From Candidatus Woesearchaeota archaeon (lineage in GTDB: Archaea; Nanobdellota; Nanobdellia; SCGC-AAA011-G17; JAFCDX01), in assembly GCA_017609465.1 (NCBI GenBank), contig JAFCDX010000003.1, positions 46,712 through 110,711 on the forward strand: a stretch of DNA of 64,000 bases. Reading direction: 5' to 3'. Of the stretch, positions 8,855-18,504 are shown one piece after another. A model generated the notes under the pieces. The model made no database searches. It was not told the origin of the DNA and worked only from the letters and a program-made list of their open reading frames with translations. Position numbers and translations under genes: made by a program. The stretch's first letter is position 1; each line of letters opens with the position of its first letter.

Positions 8855-10663
8855 TTGCAATGTGAAACTCAATTAGATCCCACTCTTGAATTGCATATGA
8901 ATTTTGATGATGGAACTGCAACAGATTTAAGTGGTAATGGGAATGAGGGTATTTTAATTGGAGATACAACATGGGTTTCTGAGGGTAAACCACAAGGTTC
9001 TTTCTTATTTGATGGAAATGATGATTATATTGAAGTAAATCATGATTCCAGTTTAGACCCTACAAGAGATATGACAATAACTGCGTGGGTAAAATTGAAT
9101 GGAGCTGGAAGTGGAACTGTGAATATGATAGTTAATAAACAATTGGGGGGAAGTGGATATAGATTAGTATATTATCCTCTCGAAAATGTATATAGGGCCA
9201 GAATATGGACCACAGATGATGGAGTAACATTAGCTTCTACCACATCTGCATCGTTAAATATATGGACTCATATTGCTATGGTTTATGATGGTTCAAACCT
9301 AAAGATATATGTAAATGGTGTTGAAGATAATAGCGTAGCATTAACAGGAGACCTTAATCCTGCCTCTAGTACTCCCCTAAGAATAGGAGAATATGGAGGA
9401 GGAAGTGGATATGAACTTAATGGTTATGTTGATGATGTAAGAGTTTATTCAAGAGCATTGAGTGACTCTGAAATACAAGATATTTATTCTGGAGAAGGTT
9501 GTGCAATAACATGTAATTCCAATTCAGAATGTAATACTGGAGAAACATGTGTAAGCCCAGGAACATGTAGTTCAGAATGTTGTACCCCTTTATGTGTAAT
9601 AGATTCAGACTGTGATGATGGAAATGAAAGAACTACAGATATTTGTATTGGTGGAGGAATTAGTTGTAATGCTTATTGTGAAAATAAATACCCAACAATT
9701 ATAGTATGGCAAGAAGCAAATATAAATGAGGGTGGTAATTTATTTGATATTTATATGTATGATCTTGATACACAAAAGAAAATTCAAATATCAGATAGCG
9801 AAGAATTGGAAGAATACCCAAAGATTTATGGGGATAATATAATATGGAGAGATCATAGGGAGGGTTATATTCTTTCTCGAAATAATATTTACAAATATGA
9901 TATAAATACCAATAATAAAGAAAGTATAACCGCAGATAATTTAGGAAGAAGTCCTGTTGCTATTGATGGAGATATTGTAGTATGGACAGAAAATAGTACT
10001 ATAACTAACATACATATATATAACTTAAGTTCTGAAACAGAAACAGATGTGGTTTATGACATTAAACCAACATTAACTACTCCTGATATTTCTAGAGATA
10101 AAATAGTATGGGAAGATACCAGAAATGGAAATTCTGATATTTATATGTATGATTTGAGTACTGATACTGAAACTAGAATAACGACAAATACAGCGAAACA
10201 ATCATCCCCTTCAATTTATGGGGACATAATAGTATGGCAGGATGATAGAGAGGGAAATACAGAAATTTATATGTATGATTTGAGTACTGATACTGAAACC
10301 AGGGTTACAAATAATAGACTTGCTTCAGCTTATCCAGATATTTATGGAGATATAATAGTATGGCAAGATAATAGAAGGACTTATTCTGGAGATTATAAAT
10401 ATAATCTTATGATATATAATATAAGTAGTGGACAAGAAACATTATTAACAGATGATTCCATAGAAGAGATTTATCCTAAAATACATAAAGATAAAATAGT
10501 ATATGTGCTCAATAGTATAGATTATTACAATATAGATTATAATTACAGGGATATTGAAATGTATGATTTGAGCACTGGACAAAGAACAAGAATAACAGAT
10601 GAGCCTTTTGGAAGAGAGAATGAACTATGGCAGGATCACCCTGCAATTTATTATTATGGTTAA
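8855..10663 (+). CDS. LamG/concanavalin-like lectin domain plus ~40-aa beta-propeller-type repeats (C-terminal part of interrupted surface protein)
   Basis: 'TITAWVKLN...IAMVYDGSNLKIYVNGV' is the LamG signature. Repeated 'IYGDxIVWQDxRxGNxDIYMYDLSTxTETRIT' blades. No signal peptide of its own, and the ORF finder called a TTG start. Confidence 0.6.
   Translation: MQCETQLDPTLELHMNFDDGTATDLSGNGNEGILIGDTTWVSEGKPQGSFLFDGNDDYIEVNHDSSLDPTRDMTITAWVKLNGAGSGTVNMIVNKQLGGSGYRLVYYPLENVYRARIWTTDDGVTLASTTSASLNIWTHIAMVYDGSNLKIYVNGVEDNSVALTGDLNPASSTPLRIGEYGGGSGYELNGYVDDVRVYSRALSDSEIQDIYSGEGCAITCNSNSECNTGETCVSPGTCSSECCTPLCVIDSDCDDGNERTTDICIGGGISCNAYCENKYPTIIVWQEANINEGGNLFDIYMYDLDTQKKIQISDSEELEEYPKIYGDNIIWRDHREGYILSRNNIYKYDINTNNKESITADNLGRSPVAIDGDIVVWTENSTITNIHIYNLSSETETDVVYDIKPTLTTPDISRDKIVWEDTRNGNSDIYMYDLSTDTETRITTNTAKQSSPSIYGDIIVWQDDREGNTEIYMYDLSTDTETRVTNNRLASAYPDIYGDIIVWQDNRRTYSGDYKYNLMIYNISSGQETLLTDDSIEEIYPKIHKDKIVYVLNSIDYYNIDYNYRDIEMYDLSTGQRTRITDEPFGRENELWQDHPAIYYYG
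10137..10390 (+). repeat. two tandem ~126-nt near-identical coding repeats (duplicated propeller blade)
   Basis: The 38-nt core 'atttatatgtatgatttgagtactgatactgaaac' recurs at ~10140 and ~10266 with similar flanks. Confidence 0.6.
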
Positions 10664-10680
10664 AATTTATTTTTTTAGAT

Positions 10681-11997
10681 TTAATAATTTCCACAAGAAT
10701 TTGGATTTATGAAATAATAACTATTTGTAGAATCTATATAACCTTTATAACCATCAAAGCTAGAACAATCGTTATCCCGATTTCCAAGATTATCAAAACA
10801 ATTACAATCGTTAGTATTTGGATTTTTACAAATATTTTCTACAAAATAATTATAAGTATTAAAATCTGTAACAAAATCCATCATACATTTAACATTCCCT
10901 ATTGTGGCCATAGTTGGGATATTTTCTCTCCATAAAGAAAAAAATTGCGAAACATCTCCCATATCATTTTCATAATCTAAATCAAAACCTAACCAATAAC
11001 ACAAGTCATAAAATAAATCACAATAAAAAAGAGGACAATTATCAACATGTATATTTCCTTTTGGATTTCTATTAATTGAAAAATCGCTAAAAGAATCAAT
11101 ACCTTCGGCTATCGCTTTACCCAAAGGGTAAGTTATATATTCTTCATTGAAAGGTATCTGGACCATATTTCTTCCCAATATACCATGGATATACTCATGG
11201 CTATATACCTCTTTTATATATTCTGGAACATTTTCACGATAATAGAACCAGGATGCAACATAATTACAAATAGCAGCATAACCATAACCTCCTTCAGGAT
11301 TATTTCCTTCAATATATTCCCCTCCACTATTTTTAAATTTACAATAAGAATCTTTACTTACATGTATTTCAATAGGCAATTCGGAACCGTATTGTTCATT
11401 TTCAGTTTTGCTTAAAATTCCTATTCCTGTAATGTCTAAAGTATCATTTAATATATTTTTTACTAAAATGGCTTCTTGTTCTAAAGTTCCATCATTTTCC
11501 CTAAATATATATGGACAATAATCAGTCTCGCATAACAAAACAACATCATCAATAGTTCCTCCATTTAAATCAATGGGTTGAATATGATCATGTATTCTCC
11601 CCCTAAAATCTCCAGGGGCGATATCCATTTCAAAACTCTGAGTGTCATAAGTTATTCCGTCAGTACATTCTATTTCAACAAAAGTTTTACCAACTTCATC
11701 ATTGCTTATGTGCCATGGTTTTCCATGTAATTCATTTTTATCATAATCCATCCTCATCCAAGAAGGACCATCAACAATATCACAAATAACTTCTTCATTA
11801 GTTTCAATAGGATAAGAATAAGGCACATTTACTGTTCCATTAGTAACAGGCTCTGAAACTATCTCTATGGGTGCAGGAATATAAAAAAATTGTTTATCCT
11901 CACCACCTTTAAATTTACAACCTAAAGCATAAACACTGGCCAATCCAGCCAAAGCACCAATAACGGCTCCTTTTTTGAACATATTTTTAATATTCAT
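10681..11997 (-). CDS. secreted protein, possible zinc metalloprotease (HExxH)
   Basis: N-terminal hydrophobic anchor or signal (AVIGALAGLASVYALGC). 'SHEYIHGILG' is the only enzyme-like motif. Cys-rich C-terminus. Confidence 0.35.
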   Translation of the reverse strand: MNIKNMFKKGAVIGALAGLASVYALGCKFKGGEDKQFFYIPAPIEIVSEPVTNGTVNVPYSYPIETNEEVICDIVDGPSWMRMDYDKNELHGKPWHISNDEVGKTFVEIECTDGITYDTQSFEMDIAPGDFRGRIHDHIQPIDLNGGTIDDVVLLCETDYCPYIFRENDGTLEQEAILVKNILNDTLDITGIGILSKTENEQYGSELPIEIHVSKDSYCKFKNSGGEYIEGNNPEGGYGYAAICNYVASWFYYRENVPEYIKEVYSHEYIHGILGRNMVQIPFNEEYITYPLGKAIAEGIDSFSDFSINRNPKGNIHVDNCPLFYCDLFYDLCYWLGFDLDYENDMGDVSQFFSLWRENIPTMATIGNVKCMMDFVTDFNTYNYFVENICKNPNTNDCNCFDNLGNRDNDCSSFDGYKGYIDSTNSYYFINPNSCGNY

Positions 11998-12044
11998 TTT
12001 GTAACTACCAATATGGAGTTAAATCCATTTATAAGTTTTTCTAT

Positions 12045-12947
12045 TCAAAAAATCACAAAATTTCCAAAAATAATGCTTATTATAAAACCCAATAAAAATG
12101 CAGGTACAAAAGCAAAACCTTCTTTTATGATAACACTCTTTATTTTGTGTTTCTTTAGTAGTTTAATGTCTTTTTTTGTAACTCCTGAAAACTTTGATTT
12201 ATATATTATCTTCTTTCCTCTTTTAATGTCCTTTGGTATCCAATCCCCTTCTCTTAACTTATTAACATTTATTTTCTTATACATTGAGACATTCTCAACT
12301 GCTTTTACAAACATGAATAGTAAAGGAATAATAATTACCAAAATTGAAACCAATAATGTCATAACAAAAAATTCTTCAAAAAATAACAAGGACAATATAG
12401 GAAATATAAAAATAAGCAATAACAACATTAATTGTTTTTTTAAGATCCTAATAATGGATTTAAAACTTTTCACAAACTCCTTTTTATTTCTGATTGCATA
12501 ATAAATAGCCATAAAAATTCCATAAATTCCCCCTATTATTAATATATTAATCAGCAAAATAACCAAAAAAGGAATATTCAAATTAGGATTAAAATATTTT
12601 AAAAGAAATTCTGGATAAATAGGTATAAGCATTCCAAGACCCATCAATAATTTAGCATCTCCTCCCCCCCATTGCTTAAATATATATAACATATTTCCAA
12701 CAAGAAAATAAAACAAAAATCCCATCAAAGCATAAAAGAAAATTGTAAAAGTATTTGTATATAATGAATAGATCAAATGAATAAAAAAAGCTATTATTAT
12801 AAGGCTAAAATTAAGCCAGTCAGGAACTTCTTTTATTTTTATGTCAAAGATTGATGCAGCGATTAACCAAATTAATGCTATTGAAAATATTAATGGTTCT
12901 AAAGTCATTAAATAATAATTCACAAATACATTTATAAATATTATCAA
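12045..12947 (-). CDS. archaeal type IV prepilin/preflagellin peptidase (FlaK/PibD-like) with ~100-aa C-terminal extension
   Basis: Polytopic membrane protein. Asp in the first loop (ASIFDIKIKEVPD) and the GxGD-type motif 'WGGGDAKLL' are characteristic of A24/FlaK peptidases. Confidence 0.6.
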   Translation of the reverse strand: MIIFINVFVNYYLMTLEPLIFSIALIWLIAASIFDIKIKEVPDWLNFSLIIIAFFIHLIYSLYTNTFTIFFYALMGFLFYFLVGNMLYIFKQWGGGDAKLLMGLGMLIPIYPEFLLKYFNPNLNIPFLVILLINILIIGGIYGIFMAIYYAIRNKKEFVKSFKSIIRILKKQLMLLLLIFIFPILSLLFFEEFFVMTLLVSILVIIIPLLFMFVKAVENVSMYKKINVNKLREGDWIPKDIKRGKKIIYKSKFSGVTKKDIKLLKKHKIKSVIIKEGFAFVPAFLLGFIISIIFGNFVIF

Positions 12948-12959
12948 TGAAATTATAAT

Positions 12960-14030
12960 ATGATATCAATAATAGGTGCAGGCCCAGCAGGGTGTTATTT
13001 AGGATATTTGCTTGCAAAACACGGAAAAGAAGTTAATATATATGAAGAGCATTCAGAAGTTGGAAAACCTGTTCAATGCACAGGAATAGTCACTTCTTCA
13101 ATTGATAAATTAATAAAAATGAAAAAGGAATTCATAGTTAATGAAGTAAAAAAAGTAAATGTTTATTCTCCCTCAAACAAGATATTGAATTTCAAATTAA
13201 GAAAAAAGAATTATGTTATTGATAGAGAAAAGTTTGACAAATACATATGCAAAAAGGCAGTTGAAGCAGGTGCAAATATATATTTTAATCATAAATTCGT
13301 TGATTATAAACAAAATAGAATTTATTTTGACAAAAGAAAAAATAGAGAAACCGATATCTTGATAGGTGCCGATGGACCTTCTTCAAAGGTTGCAAAATGC
13401 AAAAATATGTTTAATAACAGGAAATTTGTTATCGGACTTCAAGCAAGATTAAAAATAAAATGCGATAGAAATACTGTTGAATTCTTTCTTGACAAGGATT
13501 ATTTTGGGTGGATAGTCCCAGAATCAAATGATATAGCAAGGGTTGGTGTTGTTGCAAAAAGAAATGTTAAGGATTTTTTTGAAAAGTTTTTGAAAAGAAT
13601 AAACAGGAAATACAGGACAATAAATTATCAGTCCGGTCTTATACCCATATATAATTTAATGACAAAAACAAGCAAGGATGATGTTTTTTTAGTTGGAGAT
13701 GCAGCATGTATGGTAAAAGCAACAACTTATGGAGGGATAATACAAGGGCTTATTGCTGCAAGAGAATTAAGCAAAGCCTTACTTCAATATAGAAGCTATG
13801 AGAGATTATGGAAGAAAAAAATAGGAAAGGAATTAAAATACAGCCTAATGATAAGAAAAATAATGGACAAGTTTTCAAATGAAGATTATGATGAATTGTT
13901 CAGTTTAATAACAAACAAAGACGTAAAAAAAATAATTGAGAGCATTGACAGGGATTATCCTTCAAAAATAATAATGAAGATGGCAATAAAACAGCCAAAG
14001 CTGTTGAAATTTGCAAAAAAGCTATATTAG
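12960..14030 (+). CDS. geranylgeranyl reductase family FAD-dependent oxidoreductase (lipid saturase)
   Basis: GxGxxG Rossmann motif IIGAGPAGCYLGYLLA plus VQCTGIV, and overall GGR-like length. Confidence 0.7.
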   Translation: MISIIGAGPAGCYLGYLLAKHGKEVNIYEEHSEVGKPVQCTGIVTSSIDKLIKMKKEFIVNEVKKVNVYSPSNKILNFKLRKKNYVIDREKFDKYICKKAVEAGANIYFNHKFVDYKQNRIYFDKRKNRETDILIGADGPSSKVAKCKNMFNNRKFVIGLQARLKIKCDRNTVEFFLDKDYFGWIVPESNDIARVGVVAKRNVKDFFEKFLKRINRKYRTINYQSGLIPIYNLMTKTSKDDVFLVGDAACMVKATTYGGIIQGLIAARELSKALLQYRSYERLWKKKIGKELKYSLMIRKIMDKFSNEDYDELFSLITNKDVKKIIESIDRDYPSKIIMKMAIKQPKLLKFAKKLY

Positions 14031-14043
14031 TAAATTTTAAATA

Positions 14044-15243
14044 TTGAGGTTCTTTAAAAAATATATGATAAATAAGAAAGGGGATTACGATGGAAAGGGA
14101 GTTGCTATCCTTTTACTTTTGATTGCATTATTTATGGTCTTATATATGCTTTTATTGCCTCCGGAGCAAAGGGATGAACTTTTAAATGAAAGTATAGGTA
14201 ATGGTATTTCTGAAGATGATATAAGCACAAAAGTTCTTTTGAAGGAAAGTCCAGAAGATGTTTATCCAACAATGGAATCTTCAATACTTCATGAAATAAA
14301 CCCAATTAATTTGTTCATAAAATCAAAACCAGTCACAAATTTGTTAATCGATACTTTAGAAGTGAAAAGAACTTTATTTAGCAACAAACCACAAAGACTT
14401 ACTTTTGATGTTGAGGACCTGACAAATCTGGAAGATATACTTCTATTTTTCACTGTTGAAGAAAGTAAAGGGGACTTAATAGTTGAATTAAATGATATGT
14501 TGGTTTTTGATGGGAAAACACAGGATGTTGAAACAATAAAACTTCCCTTAAATTATATAGAGAAGAATAATGTTCTTGATATAAGAGCTGGTTCCCCAGG
14601 ATTATTATTCTGGTCAAGTAATTTTCATGCTATAAATGATTTAAGCATCAAAGAAACTTATCAATTGACAAACCCAAAAGAAGAAAGAATATTTTCAATG
14701 CCAAAATACGAACAAGACAATCTGAAAAATGCTGTTCTTACTTACCAATATTACTGTAATGCTTTAAATAAAGATATTACAAACTTGAAAATATTATTGA
14801 ATAATCATATAATATTGGATAAAACAATAAGATGTACAGGTGGCTCAGAGTCAATAGAGATAGATAGGCAATTCTTCAAAGAAGGAAACAATAAGATTGA
14901 ATTCACTGTTGGTGATGGAGACTTCCAGTTTTCAAAGATAAGATTAGACACCGAACTTGGAAAGAGTGTATTCCCTACTTATCATTTTGACATAAAGGAT
15001 TCTGATTTTGATTATGTTGAAGCTGATATGGCAGATGTAATATTTAATCTAGATTTGAGAGATGGAAACAGGAAAAAGGCAAGAATAATTGTAAATAACA
15101 AAGAATTAATAATGGACACAGAAGAAAACAGTTACTCAAAAGACATATCTTCTTATGTTGAAGAAGGAGATAATTTAATAAAAATAGTACCTCAAAGTGC
15201 ATTCTATATAAGTGATTTAGAAATAAAATTCCAAGAATCTTAA
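14044..15243 (+). CDS. uncharacterised membrane-anchored or secreted protein with prepilin-like (class III-like) N-terminus
   Basis: N-terminus MRFFKKYMINKKGDYDGKG|VAILLLLIALFMVLYMLLL is a basic stretch, then Gly, then a hydrophobic helix. Rest of the protein is unrecognisable. Confidence 0.45.
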   Translation: MRFFKKYMINKKGDYDGKGVAILLLLIALFMVLYMLLLPPEQRDELLNESIGNGISEDDISTKVLLKESPEDVYPTMESSILHEINPINLFIKSKPVTNLLIDTLEVKRTLFSNKPQRLTFDVEDLTNLEDILLFFTVEESKGDLIVELNDMLVFDGKTQDVETIKLPLNYIEKNNVLDIRAGSPGLLFWSSNFHAINDLSIKETYQLTNPKEERIFSMPKYEQDNLKNAVLTYQYYCNALNKDITNLKILLNNHIILDKTIRCTGGSESIEIDRQFFKEGNNKIEFTVGDGDFQFSKIRLDTELGKSVFPTYHFDIKDSDFDYVEADMADVIFNLDLRDGNRKKARIIVNNKELIMDTEENSYSKDISSYVEEGDNLIKIVPQSAFYISDLEIKFQES

Positions 15244-15257
15244 AAAGAGGGGAGTAA

Positions 15258-16625
15258 ATGGCAGAAAAAGATAAAAAATATGATAAAGGATATTATAAAC
15301 CCAAACCAATAGAGAAATATAAAAGACCAAAAATAAAACCTGATTATTATAAACCCAAACCAATAGAACCTAAAGGAATTTTTAGAAGAGGTTATGAATC
15401 ATTTAAAAGCGGACCTGGTTCTCCATTTGACCCAATAAGAAAATCTTTATTACCTGCACAATGGGGTATATTTTTAATCTTTAAGATAATAGGATGGGTA
15501 TTGGGAATTTTCATATTTGTTTCTATAGTAATTTTTATAGGAAACGGTATTGCAAAGGGGGAATTAATTGATAATATACAAATAAAATTAGAAGAATGGG
15601 GTTTAAGTGTTCCTTTAACAAGATTTTTTGACAGATATTACAGTATTTTAAGTTGGGAATCTGCATTAAGTCCAGAAGAAGATGTATTTGGATTTCAAGG
15701 TTCTACTGAAACAGAAGAATCTGATTTTGGACTTGATATAGAATCATTTACTCCAAGAGAAAGTGTTGTTTCTACAAATGAGCCAATACTCACAAGGTCA
15801 AAAATAAAAGTTGGGGAAATACCAGAAGACAAGCAAATAGAATTAAATTTTGAAAATGCTTGTTTCTTAGAATTAGATTCTGATAATTTTGTAACTTATG
15901 ATGCAGATCCTGCGAGAGCATTGATAATGGAAGGCATGGAAGGGAGAATATTTACTGTATTATGCGAATTTGAAGGGGTGTCTGATGATTATGTTGGTTT
16001 CTTAGGAACAAGAGAATATGACACAAAGAAAATAAGATTCTTGCCCAAATTCCATTATAATAATCAGAAAGTATCGTGGTATCCATTAATAAAAGATGTA
16101 TATTCTTCAGGTGATGAAGTTTCAGAACCAACATGGAATGTTAAAAAAGGACCTGCAAGTTTAAGATTGGGTTCAAGCGAATCACAGCCATTTTATGTTG
16201 ATGAAAGTGGTTATGTATTATATGTTAATCTAAAAGTTGATTGGCAAGGAGACATAAAAGAAATAAAAAATATTGAATTGGATACAGGAGATTCTATTAG
16301 ATTAAATACAGACAGCAATTTCTGCGATTTTAAATTTAGCAATGGAATTTATATATTAAAAAGCGAAGTTCTTGATGAAGCAAATATTGATTGTACTAAC
16401 AAAGATAATTTAAAGGCTTATGCAAAAAGAATTGGAGTTCCTTATTTGTCAACAACAGATTGTCTTGAAAAATTAAAGAACGAATTCACATTCGAATGTC
16501 CTTTTGTTGTGAATAATGCAGAAAGTAGAATATCTCAAACAAGAGTTACTGCAAATGCAGATTATGTATTTGAAATGATAAGAACCACAGGAATTAAAGT
16601 TGTAAAAGAGGAGGCTGTTGCATGA
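15258..16625 (+). CDS. uncharacterised membrane protein with N-terminal YYKPKPIE repeats
   Basis: Two 'DYYKPKPIE' repeats and one TM helix (IFLIFKIIGWVLGIFIFVSIVIF). Large Cys-containing extracytoplasmic domain. Confidence 0.45.
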   Translation: MAEKDKKYDKGYYKPKPIEKYKRPKIKPDYYKPKPIEPKGIFRRGYESFKSGPGSPFDPIRKSLLPAQWGIFLIFKIIGWVLGIFIFVSIVIFIGNGIAKGELIDNIQIKLEEWGLSVPLTRFFDRYYSILSWESALSPEEDVFGFQGSTETEESDFGLDIESFTPRESVVSTNEPILTRSKIKVGEIPEDKQIELNFENACFLELDSDNFVTYDADPARALIMEGMEGRIFTVLCEFEGVSDDYVGFLGTREYDTKKIRFLPKFHYNNQKVSWYPLIKDVYSSGDEVSEPTWNVKKGPASLRLGSSESQPFYVDESGYVLYVNLKVDWQGDIKEIKNIELDTGDSIRLNTDSNFCDFKFSNGIYILKSEVLDEANIDCTNKDNLKAYAKRIGVPYLSTTDCLEKLKNEFTFECPFVVNNAESRISQTRVTANADYVFEMIRTTGIKVVKEEAVA

Positions 16626-17533
16626 AATTTAAAGTAATCTTTTTATTAAGCATATTCCTGATAATAGCTGCTTCTTGCCAACAAACAGGAACTTCTTCTG
16701 GAAAAAATGATGTAGTTATTTTTGAATTTATGCCAAACTTACCCCCCCAAGATAATATCTATGAAGATCAGCCTTTTAGAGTTGGTTTGAATGTAGTTAA
16801 CTTTGAAGAAGACAGAAAAGAGGTAGAAGTTTGTGTTTCTGATATTCTGGGGGATTTTGTAAGTGGGATACCAAGAGATGTTTGCTCCCCATTATTATTA
16901 AAACCAGCATATAAATCAGGAGATGAATTAATAGGATGGGAAGAAAGCATTTATTTTCCAGATAAGGAGCAGTTTTACAAATATATAGATGTTAATGAAG
17001 GACAGACGGTTAACATTTATTCTGACTTGTATTACAAGCATGAAACAAATTCAAGATCGCAAATATGTATTAAAAGAGATGTTGGGATAGAACCTAAAGG
17101 AATAACTTGTGAATTAAATGCAATTGAAAAAGTAGAAAGCAACAATGCACCAGTAAAGGTTACAAGATTAGAAAAAAACGTAATACCTATAGGAAACAAT
17201 AAAGTAAATATAATATTAGAAATGGATATAGAGAATATTGGTTCTGGAGAAGTAACTACAAAAGATGATTTTCATTTAAAAAGAGACAGCAACCCATTAA
17301 TTGATGTTGATGTTTATTTAAAAAGAGAAAGACCCTTAAGATTTACATGTTCGGGCCTTGAAAATGACAAACTCATATTTAGAGAAAACCAAAAAACTAT
17401 TATATGTGAAAACAGTGTTGATCTTAAAGACGAGTTCAGCATGGAACAAATCCAAATAGACTTAAATTATGGTTACAAACTAAGCAAAGTAACAAAAACG
17501 ATAAATTTAATAGATAAAGATACTTTGAATTAA
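16622..17533 (+). CDS. secreted protein (signal peptide/lipobox-like), paralog of the 17543 ORF
   Basis: Signal MKFKVIFLLSIFLIIAASC. Shares 'I(L/K)IENxGxGxV' CARDB-like motif with the next ORF. Start overlaps the upstream stop. Confidence 0.45.
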   Translation: MKFKVIFLLSIFLIIAASCQQTGTSSGKNDVVIFEFMPNLPPQDNIYEDQPFRVGLNVVNFEEDRKEVEVCVSDILGDFVSGIPRDVCSPLLLKPAYKSGDELIGWEESIYFPDKEQFYKYIDVNEGQTVNIYSDLYYKHETNSRSQICIKRDVGIEPKGITCELNAIEKVESNNAPVKVTRLEKNVIPIGNNKVNIILEMDIENIGSGEVTTKDDFHLKRDSNPLIDVDVYLKRERPLRFTCSGLENDKLIFRENQKTIICENSVDLKDEFSMEQIQIDLNYGYKLSKVTKTINLIDKDTLN

Positions 17534-17542
17534 GAGGTAAAA

Positions 17543-18469
17543 ATGAACAAAAAATTGGTGATAACAATACTTATGACCCTAGTTTTATTTATTGCTGCAG
17601 AATGTGGAAGCGATAAAGAAGAAGTTCAAACTCCTTTCATAGGCGGAACAGAAGGAGTTGTAATGTCCTTTAAAGAAACATCTCCAACGTCTTCTTTTCA
17701 AAAAGATGATCAAGTTCCTATTGTTGTAGTTCTTAAAAATAAAGGAGAACATGATTTAAAGTCAGGAGATGTAAATGTAAGATTATTTGGATTAAATCTT
17801 GAGAACTTTAATTTACAAAATGCTAGAAATTACAATACATTAAATGATGATTTGAGGGGTGCAGACAAGGAATTCTTCCCTGAAGGAGGTGAAGAAGAAT
17901 TAAATCTTGGAACATTAAATTACAAGTTGGATGTTGTAGGAGGATTAGAAAAGCATACATTAAGCGCAAGAGCATGTTATCCTTATCAAACTACTGGTGT
18001 TGTTGATGTTTGCATAAAATCAGAATTGGCAGAAGATGTAGCTGAAGGAATATGCTCATTAGAGGGAGAGAAAGTTTCAAAGGGCTTTGTTTCAAAAGCA
18101 CCTGTTCAGATAACATCAATAACAGAAGAAACAAGAGGGAGAAGTCAAGTTAAATTTAATATAAAAATAGAAAATCAGGGAACTGGAACTGTTTACTCAA
18201 TAGACAGTAATTGCCAGGAATTGGAGGATAATTCTATTAAGAAACTTGATAATAAGGACAAAATTAAAATAACAATTACAAATCCAGAAGATATAAAATG
18301 TGGTCCAGAAGAGAGCAATGAAGTTGAAGTGACATTAAACAATAATCAATATGTATTAACATGTTGGAGCAATGCAGAAGATACTTATAAAACAAAATTA
18401 ACAGCAAAGCTGGATTATCTTTATTTGTCTGAAATAAGCAAAGAATTAACAATATATAGTACAGTTTAG
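17543..18469 (+). CDS. secreted protein with CARDB-like motif
   Basis: Signal MNKKLVITILMTLVLFIAAEC and motif 'KFNIKIENQGTGTVYS'. Ten nt downstream of the previous ORF. Confidence 0.45.
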   Translation: MNKKLVITILMTLVLFIAAECGSDKEEVQTPFIGGTEGVVMSFKETSPTSSFQKDDQVPIVVVLKNKGEHDLKSGDVNVRLFGLNLENFNLQNARNYNTLNDDLRGADKEFFPEGGEEELNLGTLNYKLDVVGGLEKHTLSARACYPYQTTGVVDVCIKSELAEDVAEGICSLEGEKVSKGFVSKAPVQITSITEETRGRSQVKFNIKIENQGTGTVYSIDSNCQELEDNSIKKLDNKDKIKITITNPEDIKCGPEESNEVEVTLNNNQYVLTCWSNAEDTYKTKLTAKLDYLYLSEISKELTIYSTV

Positions 18470-18504
18470 ATATATTTATTAAATTATAATTTTTCTTTTT
18501 TAAA

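Larger units (their letters stand above)
8438..10663 (+). pseudogene. single 741-codon secreted LamG/beta-propeller gene interrupted by an in-frame TAA at 8801-8803
   Basis: 8438 and 8855 are in the same frame. The codons between them (TIQQDSSASGKECNPDTLQCE) read as plausible protein with no other stop. Confidence 0.5.

Noticed and set aside
10627-10935. ORF 10627..10935(+)
   Set aside because: It overlaps the C-terminal region of the 438-aa secreted protein on the opposite strand and has no features of its own.
12013-12501. Plus-strand ORF overlapping the prepilin peptidase gene
   Set aside because: It is antisense to a conserved membrane protein and consists of low-complexity translation of AT-rich DNA.
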